64,000 nucleotides of DNA from contig NVQL02000076.1 in NCBI GenBank assembly GCA_002400495.2, positions 8,722 through 72,721 of the forward strand, in the 5' to 3' direction. This document shows positions 29,362 to 39,616 of this stretch, in pieces. This DNA is from Alphaproteobacteria bacterium (lineage in GTDB: Bacteria; Pseudomonadota; Alphaproteobacteria; Rhizobiales; OSC116). Within the stretch, counting starts at the first letter, position 1, and each line of letters opens with the position of its first letter. The position numbers and the translations under genes are program-made. The notes below the pieces were generated by a model that did no database searches, was not told where the DNA came from, and was given only the letters and a program-made list of their open reading frames with translations.

Positions 29362-30225
29362 ATGATACCAGGTAGTTTTGAATACCATAGACCACCGACA
29401 ATTAGTGACGCCGTAGGCTTGCTTGTTTCGTTTGGTGATGATGCACTCATATTGGCGGGAGGTCACAGCCTCATCCCGATGATGAAATTGCGCATGGCAG
29501 TGCCAGAATATTTAATTGATTTGCAAGACATTAGTTCGCTTAAGTCTATTTCGGTTGAAGGCGACCAAATAACACTTGGTGCCATGGTGACGCAGGCTGA
29601 GCTGATTGCCTCTAGCGCACTTAGCGAAAAATGCCCTATATTACAAACCACATCTTTGCAAATTGCTGACCCGCAAATTCGTAATGTTGGCACTATTGGT
29701 GGCAATGTTGCCAATGGCGACCCTGGCAATGATATGCCTGCGGTTATGCAATTGTTGGATGCCACTTATACACTGGTTGGGCCAAATGGTGAACGTGATG
29801 TGAAAGCTCGTGATTTTTATGAAACGGCTTATTTTACTGAACGTGCCGATGACGAAATTTTAACGGCGATTAAATTTACCGCACCCGCTGCGGGACATGG
29901 CTCTGCCTATGAAAAGCAAAAGCGTAAAATTGGTGATTATGCCACGGCTGCGGCTGGCGTTGTGCTCACTATGGCAGATGGCATTTGCACTTCGGCTTCG
30001 ATCGGGCTTACTAATGTTGCTGATACGCCGCTTTGGGCTGAGGCTTCGGCCGCGGCTTTGGTGGGTACGTCAGTTGATGAGCCAGCTATAAAAGCGGCTA
30101 TGGACGCGGCGAAAGCGATTGCTGACCCTGCTCAAGATAGTCGTGGACCGCGTGAGTTCCGCATTCATGTCACGGGCATTATGGTGCAACGTGCCATTCA
30201 GCAAGCTGTTAAAAACGCCCAATAA
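29362..30225 (+). CDS. coxM: Aerobic CO dehydrogenase medium (FAD) subunit
   Basis: [29 protein letters not shown] and KRKIGDYA motifs. Confidence 0.93.
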   Translation: MIPGSFEYHRPPTISDAVGLLVSFGDDALILAGGHSLIPMMKLRMAVPEYLIDLQDISSLKSISVEGDQITLGAMVTQAELIASSALSEKCPILQTTSLQIADPQIRNVGTIGGNVANGDPGNDMPAVMQLLDATYTLVGPNGERDVKARDFYETAYFTERADDEILTAIKFTAPAAGHGSAYEKQKRKIGDYATAAAGVVLTMADGICTSASIGLTNVADTPLWAEASAAALVGTSVDEPAIKAAMDAAKAIADPAQDSRGPREFRIHVTGIMVQRAIQQAVKNAQ

Positions 30226-30250
30226 TATAACCCCACAAAGGTTTGAGAAA

Positions 30251-30742
30251 ATGCAAAAATTAGATATTAAAATGAATATCAATGGTGCAGATGTCGAGGT
30301 AAATGTCGATTCGCGCACTTTGCTTATTCATATATTAAGAGAAGAGTTAAATATAACAGGCCCGCATATTGGTTGTGACACTACCCATTGCGGTGCGTGT
30401 ACGGTTGATCTTGATGGTAAATCGGTTAAAGCCTGTACAATATTTGCGGGTCAAGCCAATGGCACGACCATCAAAACTATCGAAGGTATGGCCAATGCAG
30501 ATGGCACATTACATGCGTTGCAGGCTGCTTTTAAAGACAATCATGGTTTGCAATGTGGGTTTTGTACCCCCGGTATGATTGTTCGGGCTTATCGTCTGTT
30601 GAAAGAAAATCCGAACCCGACTGAAACTGAAATTCGCTATGGAATTTCGGGCAATCTTTGCCGATGCACGGGTTATCAAAATATTGTCAAATCGATTCAG
30701 GTTGCCGCAACTGAATTGTCCCAACAGGAGGCAGCAGAATAA
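30251..30742 (+). CDS. coxS: Aerobic CO dehydrogenase small (2Fe-2S) subunit
   Basis: [20 protein letters not shown] and NLCRCTGY motifs; start at ATG 30251. Confidence 0.93.
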   Translation: MQKLDIKMNINGADVEVNVDSRTLLIHILREELNITGPHIGCDTTHCGACTVDLDGKSVKACTIFAGQANGTTIKTIEGMANADGTLHALQAAFKDNHGLQCGFCTPGMIVRAYRLLKENPNPTETEIRYGISGNLCRCTGYQNIVKSIQVAATELSQQEAAE

Positions 30743-30743
30743 T

Positions 30744-33167
30744 ATGAATGAACAAGCTCCGATTTCGCGCGATGAACGCGTTAAAAAATTAGAAGGCCTT
30801 GGCAGTTCTCGCAAACGGGTTGAAGATGTACGCTTTACCCAAGGCGCAGGCAACTATGTTGATGACATTAAATTGGATGGCATGTTGTTTGGTGATTTTG
30901 TCCGCAGTCCTTATGGTCATGCGCGCATTAAGTCTATTAATACTGAAGCGGCGCTGGCCGTGCCGGGTGTGCTGGCGGTGATAACCGCTGCTGATTTAAA
31001 GCCACTTAATTTGCATTATATGCCGACGTTAGCGGGCGATGTGCAAGCTGTGTTGGCGGAAGAAAAAGTGTTATTCCAAGGCCAAGAAGTGGCTTTTGTG
31101 GTGGCGACAGACAGATATGCCGCTGCTGATGGTGTTGAACTGGTTGAAGTTGATTATGACGAACTTCCAGTGATTAATGACGCCTTTAAAGCCATGGATG
31201 ATGACGCGCCTGTATTGCGCGAAGACATTCAAGACAAAATGGAAGGCGCCCACGGCACACGTAAACATCACAACCATATTTTCAATTGGCAAGAAGGTGA
31301 CAAAGAGGGCACAGAAAAAGCCCTAGCCGAAGCTGATGTTGTGGTTGAGGAGATGATCACTTATCACCGTGTGCATCCTTGCCCGCTTGAAACTTGTGGC
31401 TCGGTTGCATCGATGGATCCAATCACTGGCAAACTTACCGTTTGGGGTACTTTTCAAGCGCCGCATGTGGTACGGACTGTTGCCGCGTTAATTACCGACA
31501 TTCCAGAACATAAAATCCGCATTATTTCGCCTGATATTGGTGGCGGGTTCGGTAATAAAGTTGGGGTTTATCCCGGTTATATTTGCTCAATTGTTGCGTC
31601 AATCGTTACGGGCAAGCCTGTTAAGTGGGTTGAAGACCGCATTGAGAATTTAATGGCTACGGCTTTTGCGCGTGATTATCATATGACGGGTAAATTATCT
31701 GCGACTAAAGATGGTAAAATTACGGGTTTATCGGCACATGTGTTGGCTGATCATGGTGCGTTTGATGCTTGTGCTGATCCTACAAAATTCCCTGCTGGTT
31801 TCTTTCACATTGTGACAGGTTCTTATGATATTCCTGTGGCTCATGTGTCGGTTGATGGTGTTTATACCAATAAAGCGCCGGGTGGTGTGGCTTATCGTTG
31901 CTCGTTTAGGGTGACCGAGGCGGCTTATTTGATTGAGCGGATGATTGATATTTTGGCACGTAAGTTAGATATGGACCCTGCTGAAATTCGGATGAAGAAT
32001 TTCATTAAGAAAGAACAATTTCCGTATAATTCTGCATTGGGTTGGGAATATGATTCTGGCGATTATCACACTGCATTAGAGCAAGCTTTAAAAGCTGTGA
32101 ATTATGATGATTTACGGGCTGAACAAACTGAAAATCGTGCTGCATTTGAGCGCGGCGAAACCCGCAGCCTGATGGGCATTGGTGTGGCATTCTTTACTGA
32201 GATTGTTGGCGCTGGCCCGGTGAAAAATTGTGACATTCTTGGCCTTGGTATGTTTGACTCGTGCGAAATCCGTATTCACCCAACTGGCTCAGCCACTGTT
32301 CGACTTGGTACGATTAGCCAAGGGCAGGGTCATGCGACGACCTTTGCGCAGATTGTGGCATCGGAAATTGGCATTCCTGCTGAAGCCATTACGTTGGAAG
32401 AGGGTGATACTGACACCGCGCCTTACGGCCTTGGTACATATGGTTCGCGTTCAACCCCTGTGGCTGGTGCTGCGACCGCGATGGCGGCGCGTAAAATTCG
32501 CGCCAAAGCGCAAATGATTGCCGCCTATATGCTTGAAGTGCATGAAGGTGACTTAGAATGGGACATTGATCGTTTCCAAGTTAAGGGCAATCCTGAGCTG
32601 CACAAAACCATGGTGGAAATTGCTTTTGCTGCATACAGCTTGGCCGTTCCTGGCTTAGAACCTGGTTTAGAAGCCGTGTCTTATTATGACCCGCCAAATA
32701 TGACTTATCCATTTGGTGCTTATATTAGTGTCGTCGATATTGATGTTGATACGGGCGTTGCCGATGTGCGGAAATTCTATGCACTTGATGATTGCGGTAC
32801 GCGCATCAACCCAATGGTGATTGAAGGCCAAATTCATGGCGGTCTGACTGAAGCGTTGGCCATAGTGATGGGGCAAGACATTAGCTATGACAAGCATGGC
32901 AACATCACTGGCGGTAGCTTGATGGATTTCTTCCTGCCGACTGCGGTTGAAACACCGACTTGGGAAACTGACTTTACCGTCACCCCGAGCCCGCATCACC
33001 CAATTGGTGCCAAAGGCGTTGGTGAAAGCCCCAATGTTGGCGGTGTGCCCGCGCTGTCAAACGCGGTGCATGATGCTTTTGCGCATAAAGGACTGACGCA
33101 TACCCAAATGCCGCATGACCATTGGCGTGTTTGGAAAACAGCTCAAAGCTTAGGCCTTACTGGGTAA
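30744..33167 (+). CDS. coxL: Aerobic CO dehydrogenase large subunit, form I
   Basis: Form I active-site loop VAYRCSFR; GGGFGNK; M-S-L gene order. Confidence 0.96.
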   Translation: MNEQAPISRDERVKKLEGLGSSRKRVEDVRFTQGAGNYVDDIKLDGMLFGDFVRSPYGHARIKSINTEAALAVPGVLAVITAADLKPLNLHYMPTLAGDVQAVLAEEKVLFQGQEVAFVVATDRYAAADGVELVEVDYDELPVINDAFKAMDDDAPVLREDIQDKMEGAHGTRKHHNHIFNWQEGDKEGTEKALAEADVVVEEMITYHRVHPCPLETCGSVASMDPITGKLTVWGTFQAPHVVRTVAALITDIPEHKIRIISPDIGGGFGNKVGVYPGYICSIVASIVTGKPVKWVEDRIENLMATAFARDYHMTGKLSATKDGKITGLSAHVLADHGAFDACADPTKFPAGFFHIVTGSYDIPVAHVSVDGVYTNKAPGGVAYRCSFRVTEAAYLIERMIDILARKLDMDPAEIRMKNFIKKEQFPYNSALGWEYDSGDYHTALEQALKAVNYDDLRAEQTENRAAFERGETRSLMGIGVAFFTEIVGAGPVKNCDILGLGMFDSCEIRIHPTGSATVRLGTISQGQGHATTFAQIVASEIGIPAEAITLEEGDTDTAPYGLGTYGSRSTPVAGAATAMAARKIRAKAQMIAAYMLEVHEGDLEWDIDRFQVKGNPELHKTMVEIAFAAYSLAVPGLEPGLEAVSYYDPPNMTYPFGAYISVVDIDVDTGVADVRKFYALDDCGTRINPMVIEGQIHGGLTEALAIVMGQDISYDKHGNITGGSLMDFFLPTAVETPTWETDFTVTPSPHHPIGAKGVGESPNVGGVPALSNAVHDAFAHKGLTHTQMPHDHWRVWKTAQSLGLTG

Positions 33168-33176
33168 TATTTAATA

Positions 33177-33220
33177 TTGAGCATTGGCCATCTAGTGATG
33201 TGGCCAATGCTTAATTTTTT
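33177..33220 (+). terminator. Hairpin plus T tract between coxL and coxD
   Basis: TTGAGCATTGGCCA-N10-TGGCCAATGCTTAA followed by T6. Confidence 0.7.
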
Positions 33221-33231
33221 GGATGATTTAT

Positions 33232-34110
33232 ATGAATGAACTAACTGATCTGCAAGATAAATTGGAGAAGGAAAATTATATTGCGGATGAAAATTTAGCC
33301 ATTGCATTGAAATTGTCACTCGACCTTAGACGCCCGTTATTGTTAGAAGGCGAGGCGGGAGTTGGCAAAACTGAAATTGCCAAAATATTAGCCGCTATAT
33401 TAGATACGAAGTTAATTCGCTTGCAATGTTATGAGGGGTTGGATGCCGCCTCGAGTATTTATGAGTGGAATTATCAAAAGCAATTATTATCGATCAAAGC
33501 CTCTGAAAAATTCAGCACTAATGTTGAAGATATTGAAGGCCATATTTTCTCGAAACAATTTTTAATGGAACGGCCATTGCTGCAAGCCATTAGTCAAGAC
33601 AAACCGCCTGTTTTGTTGATTGATGAAATTGACCGTGCGGATATGGAGTTTGAAGCTTATTTGCTCGAAATATTATCTGACTTTCAGGTGACCATACCTG
33701 AATTGGGCACCATTAAAGCCAAATCTATACCCTATGTGATTTTAACCTCAAATGGCACGCGTGAGCTATCAGATGCATTGCGCCGCCGCTGCTTGTATTA
33801 TTATGTCGATTTCCCGACCCAAGAGCAAGAATTGCAAATTATTTTGGCTAAAATGCCAAATATTGGGAGTGATATGGCGTTGCAAATTGTGAAATTTGTT
33901 AAGGCGCTGCGCCAAGAAAATATTGATAAAATACCTGGAATTGCCGAAACGCTAGATTGGGCGGCGGCGCTGTGCAGTTTAAACATTACTGACCTGCAAG
34001 ATGATTTAGACAAAATTCAATCAAGCCTCATTTGCTTGTTAAAGACCGAAGTTGATTTAAGATCCATTCAGGTTGAAGTGACGTCTCGGCTTATTGGTAA
34101 GGCAGTGTGA
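33232..34110 (+). CDS. coxD: MoxR-family AAA+ ATPase, CODH maturation
   Basis: LEGEAGVGKT, RLQCYEGLD, LLIDEIDRAD and LSDALRRRC motifs. Confidence 0.92.
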   Translation: MNELTDLQDKLEKENYIADENLAIALKLSLDLRRPLLLEGEAGVGKTEIAKILAAILDTKLIRLQCYEGLDAASSIYEWNYQKQLLSIKASEKFSTNVEDIEGHIFSKQFLMERPLLQAISQDKPPVLLIDEIDRADMEFEAYLLEILSDFQVTIPELGTIKAKSIPYVILTSNGTRELSDALRRRCLYYYVDFPTQEQELQIILAKMPNIGSDMALQIVKFVKALRQENIDKIPGIAETLDWAAALCSLNITDLQDDLDKIQSSLICLLKTEVDLRSIQVEVTSRLIGKAV

Positions 34111-35297
34111 ATATGACCGTTCCTTCAAACCCTATTTTAATTGGCATGGTCGAATTTATTGAGCATTTGAGGTTTAATGGCTTTGGCTTGGGGGTTTTAG
34201 ATACGCAGCAGGCTCTAAATAGCATTGTTGATACGCGAGGTAATCTGACTACAGACCGCAATTGTTTAAAAATCTTACTGACCAAAACGCACGAAGAATG
34301 GCTGAGATTTGATGATTTGTTTGAAGCCTATTGGTTTGAACGTGGCAAAGTGAAATCGAAACTTCAAAAAGCTTCGCAAAAATCACTTCAAGACAATAAG
34401 GCCGCAAAAAAGCTATCAAAACCTTGGCAAGATCATCTTGATGGTGAACAAGAAAAAGCTGAGTCTGATATTCCGCAAATCGAGGCCACTAAAAAACAAG
34501 ATTTAGATGGCGAAGCTTCGGGGCGGCTGATTGCGGCTGACAAGAGCGTTTTATTTAAAACTGATTTTCGTCAATTTGTTGATCCTGTAGAGATTGCCGA
34601 AGCTGAGCAATTGGCTTATCGGTTGGCATCGGCCATTCGCAACCGCAAAAGTCGCCGTTATATTAGCCAAAAACGGGGTCAAAAAATTGATTTAAGACGC
34701 ACCATTAGAGATAATCTTAAACATGGTGGTGAGATGATTGATTTGCGCATGAAAACCGCGCCAGAAAGGCCGGTTAGAATTGTTACCTTGCTTGATGTCT
34801 CAGGCTCAATGAAGCATTATAGTCGGTTTTTTCTGCAATTTGTTAAGGGCTTGGTTTGCTCGTGGATGGAAAGCGATGCTTATCTTTTTCATACTAAATT
34901 GGTGCGCATCACGGGGGCGATTAAAAATAAAAACTCGCTCAGAGCCATGACCCAGCTATCACTGCTTTCGCATGGTTTTGGCGGTGGTACAAAAATTGGC
35001 GAAAGCCTTGCGGTGTTTAATGAACATTATGCCAAACAGACGGTGAATAACCGCACTGTGGTGATTATTCTAAGCGATGGTTATGACATTGGTGCGCCTG
35101 AGAAAATGGCGCGTGAACTTAAGCAGCTTAAGCGAAGAAAATGTCGGATTATTTGGTTAAACCCTTTGTTGGGTTGGAAAAATTATAAGCCTGTCACCGC
35201 TGCCATGCAAGCTAGCTTGCCGCATATTGATCATTTTTTTGCTGCCAATACGGCGGCATCCTTGGCTAAGATTGAACCCTATTTGGCTCGACTGTAA
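34107..35297 (+). CDS. coxE: VWA-domain CoxE-like protein
   Basis: DVSGSM MIDAS, GGGTKIG, SDGYD and IWLNPL motifs. Confidence 0.9.
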   Translation: MNMTVPSNPILIGMVEFIEHLRFNGFGLGVLDTQQALNSIVDTRGNLTTDRNCLKILLTKTHEEWLRFDDLFEAYWFERGKVKSKLQKASQKSLQDNKAAKKLSKPWQDHLDGEQEKAESDIPQIEATKKQDLDGEASGRLIAADKSVLFKTDFRQFVDPVEIAEAEQLAYRLASAIRNRKSRRYISQKRGQKIDLRRTIRDNLKHGGEMIDLRMKTAPERPVRIVTLLDVSGSMKHYSRFFLQFVKGLVCSWMESDAYLFHTKLVRITGAIKNKNSLRAMTQLSLLSHGFGGGTKIGESLAVFNEHYAKQTVNNRTVVIILSDGYDIGAPEKMARELKQLKRRKCRIIWLNPLLGWKNYKPVTAAMQASLPHIDHFFAANTAASLAKIEPYLARL

Positions 35298-35307
35298 GGA
35301 TAGGAAT

Positions 35308-36117
35308 ATGACAACTACACAAAAAATATTAAATCTCATTGAACAATTACGGCAGCAATCCAAGAGTTTTTGTATCGCCACGGTGATTAATATCTCTGGT
35401 TCGACAGCCGCTGTGGTTGGCACAAAAGCGGTTATCACTGAGGATGGTGAAATGCACGGGTTTATTGGTGGTGGTTGTGTGACGGGGGCGGTCAAACGCA
35501 ATGCCTTGGAATGTTTAGAAAGCGGCACGCCTAAGCTCATTCGGGTTGCGCCTAAAGATAAGCAAAGCTTGGATGACGAGTTAAGCGATATGCAGTTATT
35601 TGTCTCGCATTGTGCCAGCGGTGGGACAACTGATTTCTTTTTAGAACCCATGAGTGCCAGACAAAGATTATTCATTTGCGGCGCGTCGCCAATTGCGCAA
35701 TCATTGCTTAATTTTGCTAAGGATCTTGGCCGTAGGGTTGTTGTCATTGCTGCACAAGATGATCAGGCTAAAATTGTTGGGGCTGATGAATATTATGAGG
35801 ATTATGAATTTGACCGATGGCAGGTTACTGCTGAAGATTCAATTGTCATTGCCACGCAAGGCAAGCAAGATTTAAAAGCTCTGCTTGCCACGCTGCACAG
35901 TTCGGCAGGTTATAAAGCTATGATTTGTAGCACTAAAAAGCTGGTGAGTTTGAAGCAGAAAGTTTTGGCTGAAACTGATGATGATAAAGCTTTATTCTCA
36001 AATTTATATGCGCCAGCGGGGTTGGATATTGGAGCGGTTTCACCAGAGGAAATAGCGCTGGCAATCATGAGCGAAATGGTGGCACACTATCGGAAAACTG
36101 CGGGGGATGGAGCATGA
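35308..36117 (+). CDS. coxF: XdhC/CoxF-family maturation factor
   Basis: GFIGGGCV, CASGG and APAGLDIGAVSPEEIALAI motifs; start at ATG 35308. Confidence 0.85.
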   Translation: MTTTQKILNLIEQLRQQSKSFCIATVINISGSTAAVVGTKAVITEDGEMHGFIGGGCVTGAVKRNALECLESGTPKLIRVAPKDKQSLDDELSDMQLFVSHCASGGTTDFFLEPMSARQRLFICGASPIAQSLLNFAKDLGRRVVVIAAQDDQAKIVGADEYYEDYEFDRWQVTAEDSIVIATQGKQDLKALLATLHSSAGYKAMICSTKKLVSLKQKVLAETDDDKALFSNLYAPAGLDIGAVSPEEIALAIMSEMVAHYRKTAGDGA

Positions 36118-36743
36118 CAGGACAGCAAACTGGATTGCAAATTATTTTACTCGCGGCGGGGCTTTCACGCCGAATGGGGCAGGAGAATAAGTTGTTATTG
36201 CCCTATTTTGGCAAACCAATTGTGCGCCATGTGGTGGAAACCATCATTCAAGCCAAAATTGGCAAATTGAATATTGTGACTGGCTTTGCGGCGGATAAGG
36301 TTGAAGAAGCGCTTGCGGGTTTGGATGTCGCATTTATTCATAATTCTGATTTTGAGCAAGGGCAGATGGGCACCGTAAAGGTAGCATACCAAAATATCGG
36401 CAAGCCAAATGACGATGTCATGATTGCTTTGGCGGACATGCCGCAAATTACCAGCTTGGAATATCAGCAACTTGTTGGGGCCTTTGAGCAGCAACAAAAA
36501 CAAAAGATTATCATTCCATATTTTGGAGATAAACGTGGCAACCCAATCATAATGCCTGCTAAATTTAATGCAGAGATTGGCAATGGCTCAATGAATGCGG
36601 GCTGTCGCCAACTGACTAAAAAACGACCTGCTGATGTTTGCAAATTTTCTGTTTCAAGCGCCGCTTATATTGCCGATATAGACACGCCTGAAGAATATGC
36701 CAATGTCGCGGCAAATCAGTACACATTCCCCATATGCTGTTAA
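36114..36743 (+). CDS. mocA: Molybdenum cofactor cytidylyltransferase (MocA-like)
   Basis: LLAAGLSRRMG, NKLLL, LADMP, RGNP and DIDTPE motifs. Confidence 0.8.
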   Translation: MTGQQTGLQIILLAAGLSRRMGQENKLLLPYFGKPIVRHVVETIIQAKIGKLNIVTGFAADKVEEALAGLDVAFIHNSDFEQGQMGTVKVAYQNIGKPNDDVMIALADMPQITSLEYQQLVGAFEQQQKQKIIIPYFGDKRGNPIIMPAKFNAEIGNGSMNAGCRQLTKKRPADVCKFSVSSAAYIADIDTPEEYANVAANQYTFPICC

Positions 36744-36770
36744 TAAAAATCTAAAATAAGGAAACTAGAT

Positions 36771-37331
36771 ATGGAACTTAAAGATCAACAAAAAATCAAT
36801 GCTTCGCGGGCCATTGTTTATGCGGCGTTGAATGATGCTGAAATTTTGCGCCAATGTATTCCTGGTTGCGAGGCCTTGGAAATGACATCTGAAACTGACA
36901 TGACCGCGACAGTGGTGCTAAAAGTCGGCCCGGTTAAAGCCAAATTTAAAGGGGTTATAAAACTTTCAAATTTAAATCCTCCTGTTAGCTACACGCTGAC
37001 GGGCGAAGGCAAAGGTGGTTCGGCTGGCTCGGTAAAAGGTACAGTCGATGTGAATTTGGAAGAAGATGGCAGTGCGACCATTCTTAATTATGAAGTGAGC
37101 GCTGTGGTGAGCGGAAAATTTGCTCAATTGGGCGGGCGTTTAATCGATTCAACCTCTAAAAAATTGGCAAGTCAGTTTTTCAAAAAATTTGGTGAAATTG
37201 TTGAAAATAGTGAAGGTTCTGCGGCGCAAATTCCTGCTGAAGTAAAATCAGAGTCTGGTATGAATTGGAAGCCAATTGTCATTGGCGGCATTGTTATTAT
37301 TGGTGCGATTATTTATGCCATGTCAAGTTAG
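36771..37331 (+). CDS. coxG: CoxG (SRPBCC) protein with C-terminal membrane anchor
   Basis: LNDAEILRQCIPGCE, GKFAQLGGRLID; hydrophobic C-terminus. Confidence 0.9.
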   Translation: MELKDQQKINASRAIVYAALNDAEILRQCIPGCEALEMTSETDMTATVVLKVGPVKAKFKGVIKLSNLNPPVSYTLTGEGKGGSAGSVKGTVDVNLEEDGSATILNYEVSAVVSGKFAQLGGRLIDSTSKKLASQFFKKFGEIVENSEGSAAQIPAEVKSESGMNWKPIVIGGIVIIGAIIYAMSS

Positions 37332-37334
37332 GTG

Positions 37335-38297
37335 ATGAAATTGTTAGATATTACATATAGTTCCGAACATGAAAATGAAATTGGCGCGCCTCACTCTATC
37401 ATTGAGCAAGTTGGCGCGATGTTAAGAAACCCATCGGCTGCGGTGATGGCAATTATTGTTGGTATTGATGGGCCTGCTTATCGCCCTTTGGGCGCGAGCA
37501 TGGTGTTTTTTGAAGGTGGCAAGCGGCTTGGCAGCTTGTCTTCGGGCTGCATTGAATCTGACCTTACCATTTATGCAAAAGACGCGTTGGTGGATGGAAA
37601 AACCGTGCAATTGCGCTATGGCGAAGGCTCGCGGTTTATTGACATAAGATTGCCTTGTGGTGGTGGTTTAGATATTTTGTTGATTCCGAAACCTGACATT
37701 GAGGCTTTGGAGAAATTACATAGAAATTTACTTTCACGCCAAGAATGCAGCCTTAAGGTGAATGTAAAAACGGGTCAAATTGGCTTAGTTGAAACCTGCG
37801 AAACCCAATCTATTGGTGATGATTTTTATATAAAATTTATGCCAGAAATTAAATTTTTAGTTTTTGGAAAAGGGCCTGAGGCCAGTACGTTTGCGAGCTT
37901 GGTGAATGTATCAAACTATCAGAATATTCTCTTTTCACCTGATGAAGAAACCATTGAAGTTGCCCAAAATAATGGCTGTTTTACGCAGCATTTGGTTAGC
38001 ACTAACATTCCACAAATTGAGCAAGCAGATAAATGGACGGCGATTGTTTTGTTTTTTCATGACCATGATTGGGAACCTGAGATTATTAAACAAGCCTTTA
38101 AAACCGAAGCTTTTTATATCGGTGCGCAAGGCAGTCGGCGCACCAATGAAGCTCGTATTGCGCGTTTGGTAGAGCTTGGGGCTTCATCTGAAGATTTGGT
38201 GCGATTATATGGGCCGATAGGCTTGATAAAATCGGTGAGGGATGCCCGAACCTTAGCGGTTTCGGTGCTTGCAGAAATTTTGGATTTAGCTATATGA
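37335..38297 (+). CDS. XdhC/CoxI-family protein
   Basis: GSLSSGCIE, LPCGG, FHDHDWE, FYIGAQGS and GPIG motifs. Confidence 0.85.
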   Translation: MKLLDITYSSEHENEIGAPHSIIEQVGAMLRNPSAAVMAIIVGIDGPAYRPLGASMVFFEGGKRLGSLSSGCIESDLTIYAKDALVDGKTVQLRYGEGSRFIDIRLPCGGGLDILLIPKPDIEALEKLHRNLLSRQECSLKVNVKTGQIGLVETCETQSIGDDFYIKFMPEIKFLVFGKGPEASTFASLVNVSNYQNILFSPDEETIEVAQNNGCFTQHLVSTNIPQIEQADKWTAIVLFFHDHDWEPEIIKQAFKTEAFYIGAQGSRRTNEARIARLVELGASSEDLVRLYGPIGLIKSVRDARTLAVSVLAEILDLAI

Positions 38298-38366
38298 ATT
38301 GAGTGCTGACATATATTGGTCATCACAGATGCTATCAAGTGGTTTTAACTTAAATGAGATAGCCAA

Positions 38367-38729
38367 ATGATTCCAAATTTATTTATATTATATGTAAAAG
38401 ACCCAATTGTAAGTCAGGTTTTTTATGAAAAGTTGTTTGAATGCAAAGCTGCCACTGCGTTCCCCCCATATGTTGCTTTTACGTTTGAGAACGGCATTAG
38501 CTTGGCTTTATGGTCAATTCATGCTGATAGTTTTGTATCGGGTGGAACGGGTCATAAATCGGAATTTTGTTTTATGTATTCGGAAGAAAGTAAAGTGCGT
38601 GACACTTATCAAAAATGGAAATACATGGGTGTTGAAATTGAACAAGAACCAATGAAAGCGGCTTTTGGATTGACATTTGTAGCGCTTGACCTTGATGGAC
38701 ATCGAATTCGAGTTTGTTTGGATAATTGA
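38367..38729 (+). CDS. VOC/glyoxalase-family protein (EhpR-like)
   Basis: ILYVKD...FYEKL, LALWS and FGLTFVALDLDGHRIRV motifs. Confidence 0.8.
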   Translation: MIPNLFILYVKDPIVSQVFYEKLFECKAATAFPPYVAFTFENGISLALWSIHADSFVSGGTGHKSEFCFMYSEESKVRDTYQKWKYMGVEIEQEPMKAAFGLTFVALDLDGHRIRVCLDN

Positions 38730-38859
38730 TTTATTAAAGTGAGATTTAATCGCTCCATACCAATTTTTATTTAGGCTATATGCATATGCTGAGTTGCTTG
38801 ACTTTGGCATATGTGTGCTTTACTTGACAAGTAACTTGAACTTGCGAAATGTGGCTAAA

Positions 38860-39525
38860 ATGACGATTAAACTTATAATTTTTGACTTTGATGGTGTGCT
38901 GGTCGACAGTGAATATATTGCAGGACAAGTGACCACCGAAGCGCTACGTAAGTATGGCGTAAAAACCGATTTAGACACCACATTAAGACGTTTTGTCGGT
39001 ATGCATGATACCGTAATGCGCGGGCATTTGGCCGAGGATGTTGGCGAAGCGCATGTTGATGAATTTTTAAATTTAGTTAAAGAAAACACACACTTGGCTT
39101 ATCGTGATCAATTAGTGCCACTGCCTGGTGCGGTGGAAATGCTAGCTGAGCTTGATTTGCCGTTGTGTATTGGCTCTAATAGTCGGCTTGCTGGCCTTAA
39201 AAGCAAATTGGAAATTACCAAATTAAATCGCTTTTTTAGTGAAGATAGGCTTTATGTTGGTTCCATGGTGCCAAAACCCAAACCTGCGCCCGACCTGTAT
39301 TTACATGTGGCTGAGCAGCATAATGTATTGCCAGCAGAATGCATAGTGATTGAAGACAGCGCTCATGGCATTAATGCCGCGGTGGATGCCAAAATGCCAG
39401 TTATTGGGTTTTATGGCGCTTCGCATTGTTATGATGGGTATGAGCAAAAGCTAAAGAAGGCTGGCGCTGATATATTGTTTAATCAGCTTCGTGAGATTCC
39501 TAATATAATCAAACAAATGGCTTGA
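38860..39525 (+). CDS. HAD-family phosphatase
   Basis: IFDFDGVLVDSE, KPAPD and VIEDS motifs. Confidence 0.92.
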   Translation: MTIKLIIFDFDGVLVDSEYIAGQVTTEALRKYGVKTDLDTTLRRFVGMHDTVMRGHLAEDVGEAHVDEFLNLVKENTHLAYRDQLVPLPGAVEMLAELDLPLCIGSNSRLAGLKSKLEITKLNRFFSEDRLYVGSMVPKPKPAPDLYLHVAEQHNVLPAECIVIEDSAHGINAAVDAKMPVIGFYGASHCYDGYEQKLKKAGADILFNQLREIPNIIKQMA

Positions 39526-39568
39526 ATCGATCAAAAACAATCAAATATGTGATTGACATTGATTTTTT
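39526..39568 (+). promoter_or_regulatory. Candidate DeoR/LacR-type operator overlapping a TTGACA -35
   Basis: ATCAAAAACAATCAAA direct repeats and inverted TGATTGACATTGATT upstream of the SIS-GatZ-DeoR operon. Confidence 0.45.
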
Positions 39569-39616
39569 TGCCTCATATAGTGTCGTTTAACAGCGATAAA
39601 CTTGTGAGGATTTTGC

